Position numbers and translations under genes: made by a program. A stretch of 64,000 nucleotides of DNA from Cenarchaeum sp. (GTDB lineage Archaea; Thermoproteota; Nitrososphaeria; Nitrososphaerales; Nitrosopumilaceae). The DNA is taken from contig OZ242221.1 of assembly GCA_965206845.1 (NCBI GenBank), forward strand, positions 128,001 through 192,000. The letters are read 5' to 3'. The number at the start of each line of letters is the position of its first letter. Position 1 is the first letter of the stretch. A model generated the notes under the pieces. The model was not told the DNA's origin, did no database searches, and was given only the letters and a program-made list of their open reading frames with translations. Positions 49,834 through 59,737 of the stretch are shown piece by piece.

Positions 49834-50040
49834 TTCCATTGTAAACGGCGGAAAAACGGGCGGATCGGGGGCGCCGGGGGGGCCGGGGGCCGGATCACGG
49901 GCATTTTGAGCCATTTTGGCGATCCTGTGAATTCGAGTTGTACCGTAGGCTCATTTGATGCCGGTGATGCAACCAAAGAAACCAGAGATGTTGGCAGACA
50001 CTACAGAGGTGCACGGAATCCCATAGATATTGCCTGGGGA

Positions 50041-50871
50041 CTATACCCGTAGGCTCTGGCCGGTTATCCGTTCGTAGGCCTCGATGTACCTAGATGTCAT
50101 CCTTTGAACTATCTCCGGGGGAATTACAGGGGCCGCCGGATCCCGTCCTGCATCGCGGTCACGCTCGAACCTCTCCTGATAGCCTGCCGCAGTAAGCCAG
50201 TCGCGCAGAATCTGCTTGTCGTAGGCATCCTGCACGCTTCCGATGCTGTGGTTCTGCTTCAGCCAGAGTCGGTACTCGTCAGGCCCAATCGAGTCGCCTA
50301 AGACAATCCGCCCGTCCAGCCTGCCAAACTCCAGCTTTAGATCCGCCAAAATAAATCCTGCATCATCTGCAATACCTGCCATCTGGCGGTATATCAGGAC
50401 AGACGCCTCCTCAAGCCAGTCGTACTCACTGCTGGTGGCGAGCCCCGCCTGAACCGCCTCCCGTCTTGTTACTGGAGTGTCGTGGGTCGACTTTGTCGTG
50501 GGATCAAACACTGGTTCTGGAAGCCTTGCCGCCAGCCGGGTATCGGTACCCTCTGCAAGGGATACACGGCCGGCCCTAAAGCGGTCCGCCAAGCTTCCGT
50601 AAAAGTATCCGCGTACGACGCACTCTAACGGAAGCATATCCATCCTTCTCACGACAATCTCAGTATCAGACCGCCTCTCCACAAAGTGGCTCTCCGCAGG
50701 CAGTCTGTCAAACCAGAACTCGGCAAACCTGCAGAGAACCTCACCCTTTTTTGGAATACTCTCCTGAAACTTTACGTCGTACGCTGATACGCGCTCGCTG
50801 AACCGGAAGAGCAGGTGTCCGCCGTCCAGTTCGTATATGTCCTTGACCTTGCCAGAGCCCAGAAATTTCAC
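50041..50871 (-). CDS. purC: SAICAR synthetase
   Basis: [47 protein letters not shown]. Confidence 0.95.
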   Translation of the reverse strand: MKFLGSGKVKDIYELDGGHLLFRFSERVSAYDVKFQESIPKKGEVLCRFAEFWFDRLPAESHFVERRSDTEIVVRRMDMLPLECVVRGYFYGSLADRFRAGRVSLAEGTDTRLAARLPEPVFDPTTKSTHDTPVTRREAVQAGLATSSEYDWLEEASVLIYRQMAGIADDAGFILADLKLEFGRLDGRIVLGDSIGPDEYRLWLKQNHSIGSVQDAYDKQILRDWLTAAGYQERFERDRDAGRDPAAPVIPPEIVQRMTSRYIEAYERITGQSLRV

Positions 50872-51008
50872 GCGCTGACTACCTCGCGGTTGGATTTAAC
50901 TTGTGGTGTTCAAGATCCCAAACCCACGGGCGTGCAGCCACAAAGCACCTGTAAAGATGGCTCTGCAGGCAACCGGCTTGCGCTGGCACATGCGGTACGG
51001 CAGTCTGG

Positions 51009-51395
51009 TCAGGAGCCCATCATGCCCACCATCTTTGGCAGTTCCCGGTATGCCTTGCTCACAAATACGCCCGGGTCTGCCGACACCTGGACAAACTCCA
51101 TCGAGTTGTTCGGTGGGGGCGAGACGATCACCTTTTGCCGGGGCTCCATGGTTCCCAGATCCAGCGTTTCGCCGCCGCCAAAGTTTACCCTCACATTGGA
51201 CAGGGGCTGGAATCCTGTATTTTGAATGGTGATGCGGCCGGTAGTGAACAGGTTTTGCTTGTCGATTATCGGATCCACAAACAGCTCATAGTCCTGCCCC
51301 CCGATGGTCATCTTTGCAACATCCATCCCAAAGACGACCGCCATTATGACTATGGCCGCCACGCCAGCAATGACTAGCCCGGTGTAGGTATTCAC
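51009..51395 (-). CDS. membrane-anchored Ig/CARDB-like hypothetical protein
   Basis: N-terminal TM; ITIQNTG..PL.NV.V...LG.M.P. Confidence 0.7.
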   Translation of the reverse strand: MNTYTGLVIAGVAAIVIMAVVFGMDVAKMTIGGQDYELFVDPIIDKQNLFTTGRITIQNTGFQPLSNVRVNFGGGETLDLGTMEPRQKVIVSPPPNNSMEFVQVSADPGVFVSKAYRELPKMVGMMGS

Positions 51396-51553
51396 TGTAG
51401 CAGGGTGGTTCTTATAATAATTAAGAATGTTGACTGCACTGCTCAGACAGCAGAGTAAGGCCGAGACGGGCAGTCAGAAGGGCGCCGAAATAAAAGAACC
51501 AAGCCGTTGATCACCGACTTGGCCGATGGTCGCTTGCCTGACACCTGTCACGC

Positions 51554-51832
51554 CTAGCTGAACATTTGTCCCGGGGGCATGGATCTCTTCTGAAGCGATG
51601 TCTTCTCTACAGAGAACGTCCTGTTGGATGGAATTATGGACAGTTTTACCGACGTGTTGATTGCATAGTGGGTGGTCCCATCAGGATTTTTGAAGTTGGT
51701 TGCCTTGCCTACCCGGTCAAGATCCACCTTGACCTTTACAACCGTTCCGTCTTCCAGCTTGAACGACACGTACTCGTTCTCCAGCCTCTCATAGTCCAGC
51801 ACCTCAAATTCGATCTTCTCTTTGCCGCTCAT
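51554..51832 (-). CDS. conserved hypothetical protein
   Basis: EN.Y..FKLEDGTVVKVKV; ATG at 51832. Confidence 0.7.
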   Translation of the reverse strand: MSGKEKIEFEVLDYERLENEYVSFKLEDGTVVKVKVDLDRVGKATNFKNPDGTTHYAINTSVKLSIIPSNRTFSVEKTSLQKRSMPPGQMFS

Positions 51833-51963
51833 ACAGCATGCTACAATGAGGAAATATTTGGTTGTTTCCCGGCAGGCCGTGCAGATACCGTGCAACAGGC
51901 CTCCTGCCAGGTCGCAATACGGACAAGCCGACCCACGGAGGATGTTCTAAAACGGAATAGAGC

Positions 51964-53511
51964 CTAATACAGGTGGCTTGCGAGCTTGATCTGATCCTGT
52001 GCAGAGATTACGTTCTTCTCGGCGAGCAAGTCCAACAGCTCCTCCAGCATCTTTTTGTGGGTAGAGGATAGCTCCACTACGGCCTGCTTGTCGTCGTCGG
52101 CGCTGCCAGGCGGGCCGCTTGGGCCAGGCGGACCCGTCGGCCCTGTAGAGCCGCGCTTTCCCTGCGGACCCTGAATCCCCTGTGGGCCATGTGGTCCCGG
52201 TTCGCCAGGAGCTCCCTCCGGTCCGCGCCCTCCTTGTGGACCGGGCTTGCCGGCGGGACCTCTCACTCCAGGCTCCCCCTGCCGGCCAGGCATGCCAATG
52301 GGGCCACTTGTGCCTATCTCACCCTGCGAACCGCGGGGCCCTTTCTCGCCTGACGGGCCAACTGGTCCCTTGTCGCCTGAAGGGCCAGAAGGCCCTCTCC
52401 CTCCCAGTGCCCCGATGTGGCCTTTGTCACCGCGATCCCCCTTGTCCCCGGTCAGCCCCTTGGGTCCGAGGGATCCCTTGTCACCCTGGGAACCCATAGG
52501 CCCATCAGGGCCCTTGTCGCCCTTGGCCCCAGCAGATCCGCGCTCTCCCAGGGGGCCCTTGTCGCCGCGATCCCCTTTGTCGCCTGTCAGTCCCTTGCGC
52601 CCCGGAGGACCCTTGTCTCCCTGAGGCCCTGCTGGTCCATTCTCGCCCTTGTTGCCAAGGGGTCCGCGCCCGCCTGTGGCGCCCTTGTCACCGCGATCCC
52701 CAATGCCACCAGTCAGTCCCTTAGGACCTATGTTTCCCTTGTCACCTGTTGGCCCCCTGAGGCCTGCGGAGCCCTTGTTGCCCCGCAAACCTGGAGAGCC
52801 GACGGGGCCCTTATCGCCTGTCTGACCCCTGCGGCCTGCGGAGCCCTTGTTGCCACGAGGGCCAGGATGGCCGACGGGGCCCTTATCGCCTGCCTGACCC
52901 CTGCGGCCTGCGGAGCCCTTGTTGCCACGAGGGCCTGGTGGGCCTGATGGGCCCCTGTCGCCACGGAGGCCAGGAGTATCTGTTAAGTCCATGTCATCTG
53001 CAGATCCGGCAGGCTCCCCGTCATCTGCAGATCCTGATCCGGCACCTTCTGATCGGCGCGGCTCCTCGTCTACGGCGAGGCCTCCCGGATCACCCTCTGT
53101 GCCATCCACATCCTCTGACGGTTTTGGAGCTCTAGTCTTACCGGGTGCATCCTGATCATCGGGCTGGCTCCGGACAATGGGTTTTGATTTTTTACCAGAC
53201 CGGGATGCAGCGTGCACATCCACATCAAAAACGGAAAACAGTGGAGAGAACTGATCGATTGCCACTATCCAAGCCTTCGTCAGAGCAAGGACGCCCTTGG
53301 GCAAAGGATTCTCCGGGCTGCCCAGAACCTCAGAGTACATCCCATCGGTGATGCTCAAGTGGAAGTCCTGTTTCCAAAGGGATGAAATCTTGCCTGAAAT
53401 GATATCAAGACCGTCGGGCTCGGATCCGACTATATGTATGGTTATCTCATATATTCCCGGATTTTTAAACGGCGCAGGTCCACGTACCGGTATTTGTGGG
53501 ATGGACATCAT
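51964..53511 (-). CDS. collagen-like protein
   Basis: About 97 uninterrupted Gly-X-Y triplets between an N-terminal globular domain and a short helical C-terminus. Confidence 0.9.
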   Translation of the reverse strand: MMSIPQIPVRGPAPFKNPGIYEITIHIVGSEPDGLDIISGKISSLWKQDFHLSITDGMYSEVLGSPENPLPKGVLALTKAWIVAIDQFSPLFSVFDVDVHAASRSGKKSKPIVRSQPDDQDAPGKTRAPKPSEDVDGTEGDPGGLAVDEEPRRSEGAGSGSADDGEPAGSADDMDLTDTPGLRGDRGPSGPPGPRGNKGSAGRRGQAGDKGPVGHPGPRGNKGSAGRRGQTGDKGPVGSPGLRGNKGSAGLRGPTGDKGNIGPKGLTGGIGDRGDKGATGGRGPLGNKGENGPAGPQGDKGPPGRKGLTGDKGDRGDKGPLGERGSAGAKGDKGPDGPMGSQGDKGSLGPKGLTGDKGDRGDKGHIGALGGRGPSGPSGDKGPVGPSGEKGPRGSQGEIGTSGPIGMPGRQGEPGVRGPAGKPGPQGGRGPEGAPGEPGPHGPQGIQGPQGKRGSTGPTGPPGPSGPPGSADDDKQAVVELSSTHKKMLEELLDLLAEKNVISAQDQIKLASHLY

Positions 53512-53553
53512 ACTTTACTTGCAAAACAGCTATTTCTGCATTTAGACGAAGTA

Positions 53554-54785
53554 GGCTGTGTCCCACGGACATATACTCCCTCAAAATCGCAAGGCATAAT
53601 GATCCAATGATCGCGGCTCGACCCAATGAAAAAAATAAAACGCGATCAGCGACCATACGAGCTGGTCCAGCAGCATCTGTCGGGCCTCATACTGAGCACG
53701 ATACTGGGGATAGTTGAGGATCTGGGCGACCCATACCGGGCCAAGCCCGGACTGGGCGGCATGACCGCCTACCCGCCAAAGGCCATGGCCGTCGTCTGCA
53801 TTCTCATGGAAGCAGAGGCGCGCACCTACCGAAAGATGGTGGGCCACCTCAGGATGAACCGGGGCCTCGCCATGAAGATAGGGCTGCCCAAGATACCCTC
53901 AAAGAGCACCATATGGCGCGCCTACGGCATGATCCCCGAGCCATACCTGCGTGAGGTCCACACGAGGATCATCGGCGACGTCATGGTGACCGGTTCGGTG
54001 GCCGGGGACAGCACCGGCTACTCCGGCAACAGGTTCGTTCGGTGGTTCAGCATCCGCCACGGCCAGGTCAGGCTCAAGCGCGGCTGGGTCAAGCTGCACA
54101 GCATCGTCGATGTCTCCACCAGGACCGTCCTAGACTACCTAGTCACCGACGGGTACGCCTCCGACATCACAGGATTGTGGCCGATGCTGGGAAGGATCGA
54201 AGAAGGCGCCGACTTCTTCTGCCTGGACTCGGCCTACCTGGCCAGGAAGATCTGCGACGCCATATCCGACAAGGGCATGGTACCGCGCATCCGGCCCAAG
54301 TCCAATACCGTCTGCAAGAACGGGGGCAGCCAGGCCTGGGGCGATATGACCAGAACGCACAGGGACGAGCTGGCCCGGTTCATGGACGAGTACCACCAGC
54401 GCAGCATCATCGAGGCCGTCTTTGGCGCAATCAAGAAAATGTACGGAAACCATCTTCGGAGCCGTAGGCGCGCCCGGCAGAGCCGGGAGATAGCAATCCG
54501 GGTCATCTGCTACAACATCGAGGTGGTCACGCGATCGCACGTAAAAAGCGGCAGGCTCACGCACGAGTCGCTCACTGCAATGGCTGCCTGACTGGCGCGG
54601 TGACCGCCGCGCCGTCCGTGGGGGAGCCTGCGCACCACCCCTTGGATCGGATGAGATTTTACGGTTTCGGACAGACTTTGAAGCCGGTGATATGCGAAAA
54701 ATGCCACAATCCCAAGAATTCGGATAATGCCGTACCGGCACGGCATCAGCGGATGATTGTGGGGTTATGCCTCTAGGACACAGCC
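53554..54785 (+). mobile_element. IS5-family (IS903-like) insertion sequence, complete
   Basis: TIR GGCTGTGTCC.....CATA at both ends; 9-bp TSD GACGAAGTA (53545-53553, 54786-54794). Confidence 0.92.
53626..54591 (+). CDS. IS5-family DDE transposase
   Basis: PSKSTI, AGDSTG, WVKLH, LDSAY, YHQRSIIEAVFGAIK. Confidence 0.92.
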   Translation: MKKIKRDQRPYELVQQHLSGLILSTILGIVEDLGDPYRAKPGLGGMTAYPPKAMAVVCILMEAEARTYRKMVGHLRMNRGLAMKIGLPKIPSKSTIWRAYGMIPEPYLREVHTRIIGDVMVTGSVAGDSTGYSGNRFVRWFSIRHGQVRLKRGWVKLHSIVDVSTRTVLDYLVTDGYASDITGLWPMLGRIEEGADFFCLDSAYLARKICDAISDKGMVPRIRPKSNTVCKNGGSQAWGDMTRTHRDELARFMDEYHQRSIIEAVFGAIKKMYGNHLRSRRRARQSREIAIRVICYNIEVVTRSHVKSGRLTHESLTAMAA

Positions 54786-54871
54786 GACGAAGTACCAGAA
54801 TGGGGTCGCCTGCCGCCTCGTACCAGTCGTGAAGACTCTTCCGAATATGCGTTTTCGTACCTGGGCAGAAG

Positions 54872-55930
54872 TGTATTGTAACAAAACTATGTCCTCCCCA
54901 GATCAGACGCACTCTGCGCGAATTTATTAGGTTACACTATCCAAGACGCCTGATGCCGGTCAAGCTGGATGACGACAAAATCAAGTACGTCATTCGCGAG
55001 AAGGAGAAAGGGACCCTCAACGCCACAATAGCTGAAAGCATGAAGATCAGCTCACGACATGTGCGACGCCTTTGGGCCAAGTACAGGAGTACCGGCTCGT
55101 TGCCGACGATCAGCAGTGGCGGCCGACCTGCCACCAAGACAATATCTGATGAGGAAGTCGAGATGGTGCTGGCCGAGTGCAGGAGAGGCTGTTCGGGGGT
55201 GGGACGGGTCACCAAGGCATTGGCGGACAAAAACATAAGCGGCCGCACCGTATACAACATAATGAAAAAACATGGGCTGGTGGAGTCGTGCCCCGCAAAG
55301 GCAAAAAAACGCAAATGGGTGAGATTTGAGCGGCAGTACTCTAACGCCATGTGGCATACGGACTGGCATGTCATGAAGGACTTCCGCGTGAGGGATCTGA
55401 ACCTGATCACGTACCTGGACGATGCCTCGCGATGCGTCACCGGATACGGCGTGTTCAAAGAAGCAACCGGCCTGAATGCCGTGGAGGTGCTCAGGCAGGC
55501 AATTCTGGCGTTTGGCACCCCGGCATCCATCCTGTCGGACAACGGATCCTGCTTTGTGGGCGTGCGAAGCGGCACGCCGAAGGGAACATGGACGCCTACT
55601 ATCTTTGAGAGCGAGCTTCTGGATCGCGGCATACAGCTGATAAACTCAAGGCCGTACCATCCCCAGACCAACGGTAAGCTGGAGAGGTTCCACAGGACAC
55701 TGGAGACCGAGGTGGGGCGGCACGACAGTTTGGACGACTTCGTCACGTACTACAACGAGAGGCGGCTGCATTGGTCGCTTGACATAGACAACCACCAGAC
55801 GCCGCTCAAGGCGTTCCATGATAAGGGGACGTATGAAACTATAAGAGTAGACAATCCAAACTGGATGGAGGTTGACATCCATGGATGACCGGCGGACAAA
55901 GGGGGGAGGACATAGTTTTGTTACAATAGA
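54872..55930 (+). mobile_element. IS481-family insertion sequence, complete
   Basis: 28-bp TIR T(G/C)TATTGTAACAAAACTATGTCCTCCCC; 15-bp TSD GTACCTGGGCAGAAG (54857-54871, 55931-55945). Confidence 0.92.
54953..55888 (+). CDS. IS481-family transposase (rve integrase core)
   Basis: N-terminal HTH; MWHTD, LDDASR, LSDNG, PYHPQTNGKLERFHRT, YYN..R.H.SL. Confidence 0.93.
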   Translation: MPVKLDDDKIKYVIREKEKGTLNATIAESMKISSRHVRRLWAKYRSTGSLPTISSGGRPATKTISDEEVEMVLAECRRGCSGVGRVTKALADKNISGRTVYNIMKKHGLVESCPAKAKKRKWVRFERQYSNAMWHTDWHVMKDFRVRDLNLITYLDDASRCVTGYGVFKEATGLNAVEVLRQAILAFGTPASILSDNGSCFVGVRSGTPKGTWTPTIFESELLDRGIQLINSRPYHPQTNGKLERFHRTLETEVGRHDSLDDFVTYYNERRLHWSLDIDNHQTPLKAFHDKGTYETIRVDNPNWMEVDIHG

Positions 55931-56058
55931 GTACCTGGGCAGAAGGGGACACGATCTCACACATGCACAGAGCCATGCCACAGCTCATTTGAGCGCAGGC
56001 GCATGTGTTTCAGACTGGCCATTGCGCCCTGTCTTGTGGGGAACGCAGCGATCTGCAT

Positions 56059-56547
56059 TCAAGCAAACTTTCCCATCTGCCTGATCCGCCTCTCCCTTAG
56101 AAGCCGGTACGCGCTCAGACCGTTAAAAGAGAATATCACCACAAGGCCCACATACGCTAGGGACTGGCTGTGCTCGATGAGCACCGCCGAGACGCCGCTT
56201 CCAAGAACACTGGGCAGAAGTGACAGGATGTAGAGCCACCAGCCGCAGCATCCCAACGGAACCAGCGAAAAGAACGAGAAGAATGACGTCGCAGCGGTGC
56301 TGCCGGAGCTCCCGCCGATTCTCTTCTTTCTGTCAATCCGGCAGCCAATCTTCTTGCCACTTTCTGAGATAAGCACCTGGAGTCCGACACCGACACCCAT
56401 TCCCAGGATCACTACGGTGTTCAGCTCAAAGGCGGCAGTTACGGCAGATGCTGCCGGAAGTGCAGGGGTCGTGGCGACTACCACCACCAAGTAGACTGCG
56501 ATCGTGGCGGCTCCTGCCATCAGCGACTTGGCTACGGGCCTCATCAC
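56059..56547 (-). CDS. 4-TM membrane protein with GCC motif
   Basis: Hydrophobic segments; VPLGCCGWW; coupled to the upstream DUF3179 gene. Confidence 0.7.
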   Translation of the reverse strand: MMRPVAKSLMAGAATIAVYLVVVVATTPALPAASAVTAAFELNTVVILGMGVGVGLQVLISESGKKIGCRIDRKKRIGGSSGSTAATSFFSFFSLVPLGCCGWWLYILSLLPSVLGSGVSAVLIEHSQSLAYVGLVVIFSFNGLSAYRLLRERRIRQMGKFA

Positions 56548-57689
56548 GTATCACCGTATAGCCCCGTATCAGGATGAAATGACACCCACTCGAACCAAAA
56601 TCCCGGACTGAATCCGAGCCGTGGCAGCTGCTCGCCCTCAAGCGGGCCTGCCACCGCAAGACCGTCATAGCTCCACTCAGAGCCTGTGTCGGTATCCGTA
56701 AGCGTGCCGTCCCGATACACAAACTCTAGCACGTGGCCATCCACCGCGCGCTCAAACGCTCTAGCATTCTGCTCGTATGCAGAAACCAGCAGAACCGGCA
56801 CCCCGGCAAAGTCGTCATTGATTGTGCCTGCGGCCTCCACGTCTGACTGCGTATACGCCTTGTAGCTCACGCCTGAACTAAATCCAAGTATGATCTCCTT
56901 TGGGCCGAGTCGATCATCTCGATGAGCCACCGGGAATATGATCCGATCCGAAGCAAAGTACCTTTCGTAAGGGTCCACACCATACGCCCGACTGTGGCCC
57001 GTATCTGTAGTCAGGACGACGGTATCCGGGTGAAGATCCCTCCAGTCGCCCCATCTGATTACATCAAAGGGAACAATGTCCAGCTGTGCCCCGGTCAGCT
57101 CGCCTACCACCGCCTCCCCCAGGGCTTGGCTCCAGTAGCTGTCAGTCTGCCTGTCGTACATCAGCAGATTGCTATTGTACAGCTTGCCAGATACCCCAAA
57201 CTCCAGAACCTGGCCGCCAGATGTCCTCTCAAAGACCTGGTTGGTATAGCACAGTGGGCAGTACGTCACTGATATCGGAACACCGCCCACCACGTCATTG
57301 ACGATCTCGTGCCATACCAGGATAAAGCTCGGATATGCCCTGGCTTCGCCGTTTATCGCAAGGCCAACCACCACATCAGAGTCGGACATGAACTCAGCAT
57401 CTACAGCGGCAAAGACAGGGTCATCTATTGACGGAATGCCGTCCTTGGGCGGTCCGCCACTGAGGATCCTATCCAAAGGGATCGTATGCCTTACTCCATC
57501 GGTAACCATCACAGGATCGGATTGTGGCTCCTCTACAGATTGTGGCTCGGTCTGGGGCTCCTCTACAGATTGTGGCTCGGTCTGGGGTTCCTCTGCAATC
57601 TGCGATCCCGCAAGGCCGTCGCTCAGAATAATCACAGCAAGTATTGCCACTGCTATCGCGCCTGCGGCCACATAATATTTAGAGTTCAA
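56544..57689 (-). CDS. DUF3179-family protein with N-terminal anchor
   Basis: GGPPKDGIPSIDDP, WHEIVND, VTYCPLC, FGVSGKLYNSNL.MYDR.T.S.W.Q, FWFEW..FHP.T. Confidence 0.9.
   Translation of the reverse strand: MNSKYYVAAGAIAVAILAVIILSDGLAGSQIAEEPQTEPQSVEEPQTEPQSVEEPQSDPVMVTDGVRHTIPLDRILSGGPPKDGIPSIDDPVFAAVDAEFMSDSDVVVGLAINGEARAYPSFILVWHEIVNDVVGGVPISVTYCPLCYTNQVFERTSGGQVLEFGVSGKLYNSNLLMYDRQTDSYWSQALGEAVVGELTGAQLDIVPFDVIRWGDWRDLHPDTVVLTTDTGHSRAYGVDPYERYFASDRIIFPVAHRDDRLGPKEIILGFSSGVSYKAYTQSDVEAAGTINDDFAGVPVLLVSAYEQNARAFERAVDGHVLEFVYRDGTLTDTDTGSEWSYDGLAVAGPLEGEQLPRLGFSPGFWFEWVSFHPDTGLYGDT
57520..57594. repeat. 30-bp coding tandem repeat (EEPQTEPQSV)
   Basis: GGCTCCTCTACAGATTGTGGCTCGGTCTGG x2 plus a partial copy. 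Confidence 0.85.
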
Positions 57690-57734
57690 ACATGTGTCAT
57701 GTCGCAGAAAATTATTAAAAAGTTATTTCCACAT

Positions 57735-58748
57735 CTAGTCCAGTTCCTTATTGAGCGCCCGGATAAACTTGCCCATCTGCTTCTTTGGAATCACGGCACC
57801 GCAGGCCCTGTCGTGTCCACCGCCAGATCCGCCCACCATGGACGCAAGCCGGTTTGTCAGCTTTCCCAGATGCGTGGTGCAGGATTTTGAGCCGCGTATG
57901 GACACTGCATAGATGCCATAGTCCACCCTCTCCTTGTATGCGATCCCCACATCCTTTCCCGAAAGCCCTAGAACAAAGTTTACCGCACCACTGGCGCCGG
58001 CATCTGTAATCTCCATGTACCCTAGGTTCCGCATCGTTTTTAGCTCCTCCTTTACCTGGGCAAATACCTGTGCCAGCTTCTCCACCTGTACCTGAGCAAA
58101 CTCGAATGCATTTGGGATGTTGTGCGGATATTTGGAGTCAGCCAGCTCGTCAACTAGGTACAGCAAGTAGTCAGGATCCCTCTGGTGGCCCACGATGTTG
58201 TACGTGAGAACGGTGGCGTTGATCAGCGCAAACTGCCTGTCAAAGATCTGCAAAAGACATGATCCCTGCGGCCTGTCCTCCATATAATCGGTTATTGCGG
58301 CGCATGCGGCGATAAATGCGGAGTGATCCGAGAGTTTGGATTTGAACTTGCCGTACACCTGCACTGTCGTGCATTCGTTTATGTCGTGTATCATCTTCAC
58401 ATTGATCCCCACTAGAGCCTCTGCTATTGTGGGATCGATATCATGGTGATCAATATAGGTCACCACAACATGCCTCTTCCGCAGCGCCGTCAGGATCTCC
58501 ACAAAACGGTCCTGGTTCTTCCTGCTCAGGCCTAGATCACATATGAACAGGCGCTTCAGCTCCATGTCTTCGGCGATCTCCTCAAGGGTCGCCATCTGCC
58601 CCGGATAGTCCACCAAGACAGAGTCTCCCCCGAATGCCTCCCGAATCAGCGCCGCAGAGCATATGCCGTCGGCATCCTCCTTGTGTGAGAGACAGACCGT
58701 CTTTGTCTTGATTGGTTTTGCTTCGGATGTCACGCTCATACGGTTCAT
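57735..58748 (-). CDS. DHH/DHHA1 family phosphoesterase
   Basis: SHKEDADG, ICDLG, YIDHH, GGSGGGH..ACG; start at 58748 or 58739. Confidence 0.9.
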   Translation of the reverse strand: MNRMSVTSEAKPIKTKTVCLSHKEDADGICSAALIREAFGGDSVLVDYPGQMATLEEIAEDMELKRLFICDLGLSRKNQDRFVEILTALRKRHVVVTYIDHHDIDPTIAEALVGINVKMIHDINECTTVQVYGKFKSKLSDHSAFIAACAAITDYMEDRPQGSCLLQIFDRQFALINATVLTYNIVGHQRDPDYLLYLVDELADSKYPHNIPNAFEFAQVQVEKLAQVFAQVKEELKTMRNLGYMEITDAGASGAVNFVLGLSGKDVGIAYKERVDYGIYAVSIRGSKSCTTHLGKLTNRLASMVGGSGGGHDRACGAVIPKKQMGKFIRALNKELD

Positions 58749-59211
58749 CCCGAGATCAGCCTCATTTAAATTTAGAATGGCCGTGCGGCAAGTCCCCCAT
58801 ACCCGCACCAAGCCCGCCGCGAGTAGCCTGCCCATATGGGACAGGCAAGTAAGATCTGCAGTTGGTTCCTCCTGGCCATCACGGCGCCGCCCGCATGGAT
58901 GGAGACATGCTGCACCTGCCGGATCACGTTCTGCGTTCCTGTACCGATGAAAAGCCAGGTTGCACAAATCCACGGGTATAGTTGACCTTCTGAAGTCCGG
59001 ACCGCTTCAAGCCGGAGCCATCTACGAGTTTGATGCCTTCAAGCGTAATGTCGGCGGCTGCGACCCCCCGGCAGCCGCAACTCCTGCAGGTTGCAGTACA
59101 GGGAGAAGAGATCCTATCCGGTCCTCTGGTCGTGCGGGTGAGCTGTGCAGTATAGTGCATCCTGAACCATACCTACAAGCACTTCAAACTCGGGCAGATG
59201 CCACGCGCATA

Positions 59212-59373
59212 TTAGGATATGACCCGACGACCCTTGTAGTTTGCCCAGGTGTCGCAAAACGACACCCCGTTGAGTTGCTCCCGGCGATCCAGATCCTGGA
59301 TCTTTTTCAGCTCTGCCGGTGACGCGTCAAGTATCATCCTGTCAATCTTCCTTAACAGATCCCGTTCTAGCAT
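59212..59373 (-). CDS. 53-aa hypothetical microprotein (not in ORF track)
   Basis: MLERDLLRKIDRMILDASPAELKKIQDLDRREQLNGVSFCDTWANYKGRRVIS*; TTAATTA about 30 nt upstream; motif shared with 60901..61107. Confidence 0.55.
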   Translation of the reverse strand: MLERDLLRKIDRMILDASPAELKKIQDLDRREQLNGVSFCDTWANYKGRRVIS

Positions 59374-59737
59374 CAGCATTGCTTAAGAGTGCGATCTGTA
59401 ATTAAGCCAGTGTGAAGTTGTTATTTTAGACACAATACTCAATTAATCCTAATTGTGGTGCCCCCCACGAAATCTGCCAAGAACGGCGCCATACTATCCC
59501 CGCAGGGAGTGGCTCGCATGGATGCCCTCGCAGCGCCGAGCCTGTGCTCATAGGCAGATATGACAGTCAGGCAGCGCCGGCGGTACGCCCTCAGGCTCCT
59601 CCCTGCCTGCTTCCTCTGCCCCGTCCCGGAGCGCTCCCAATGCCGGCCAAGCCTGCGATCCTGGGTATTGGTGGCGACTTGGCTGAGACGCCACATGTCC
59701 GTTCAAGTTATAATGTCCCGATGCGATATACCCACAA

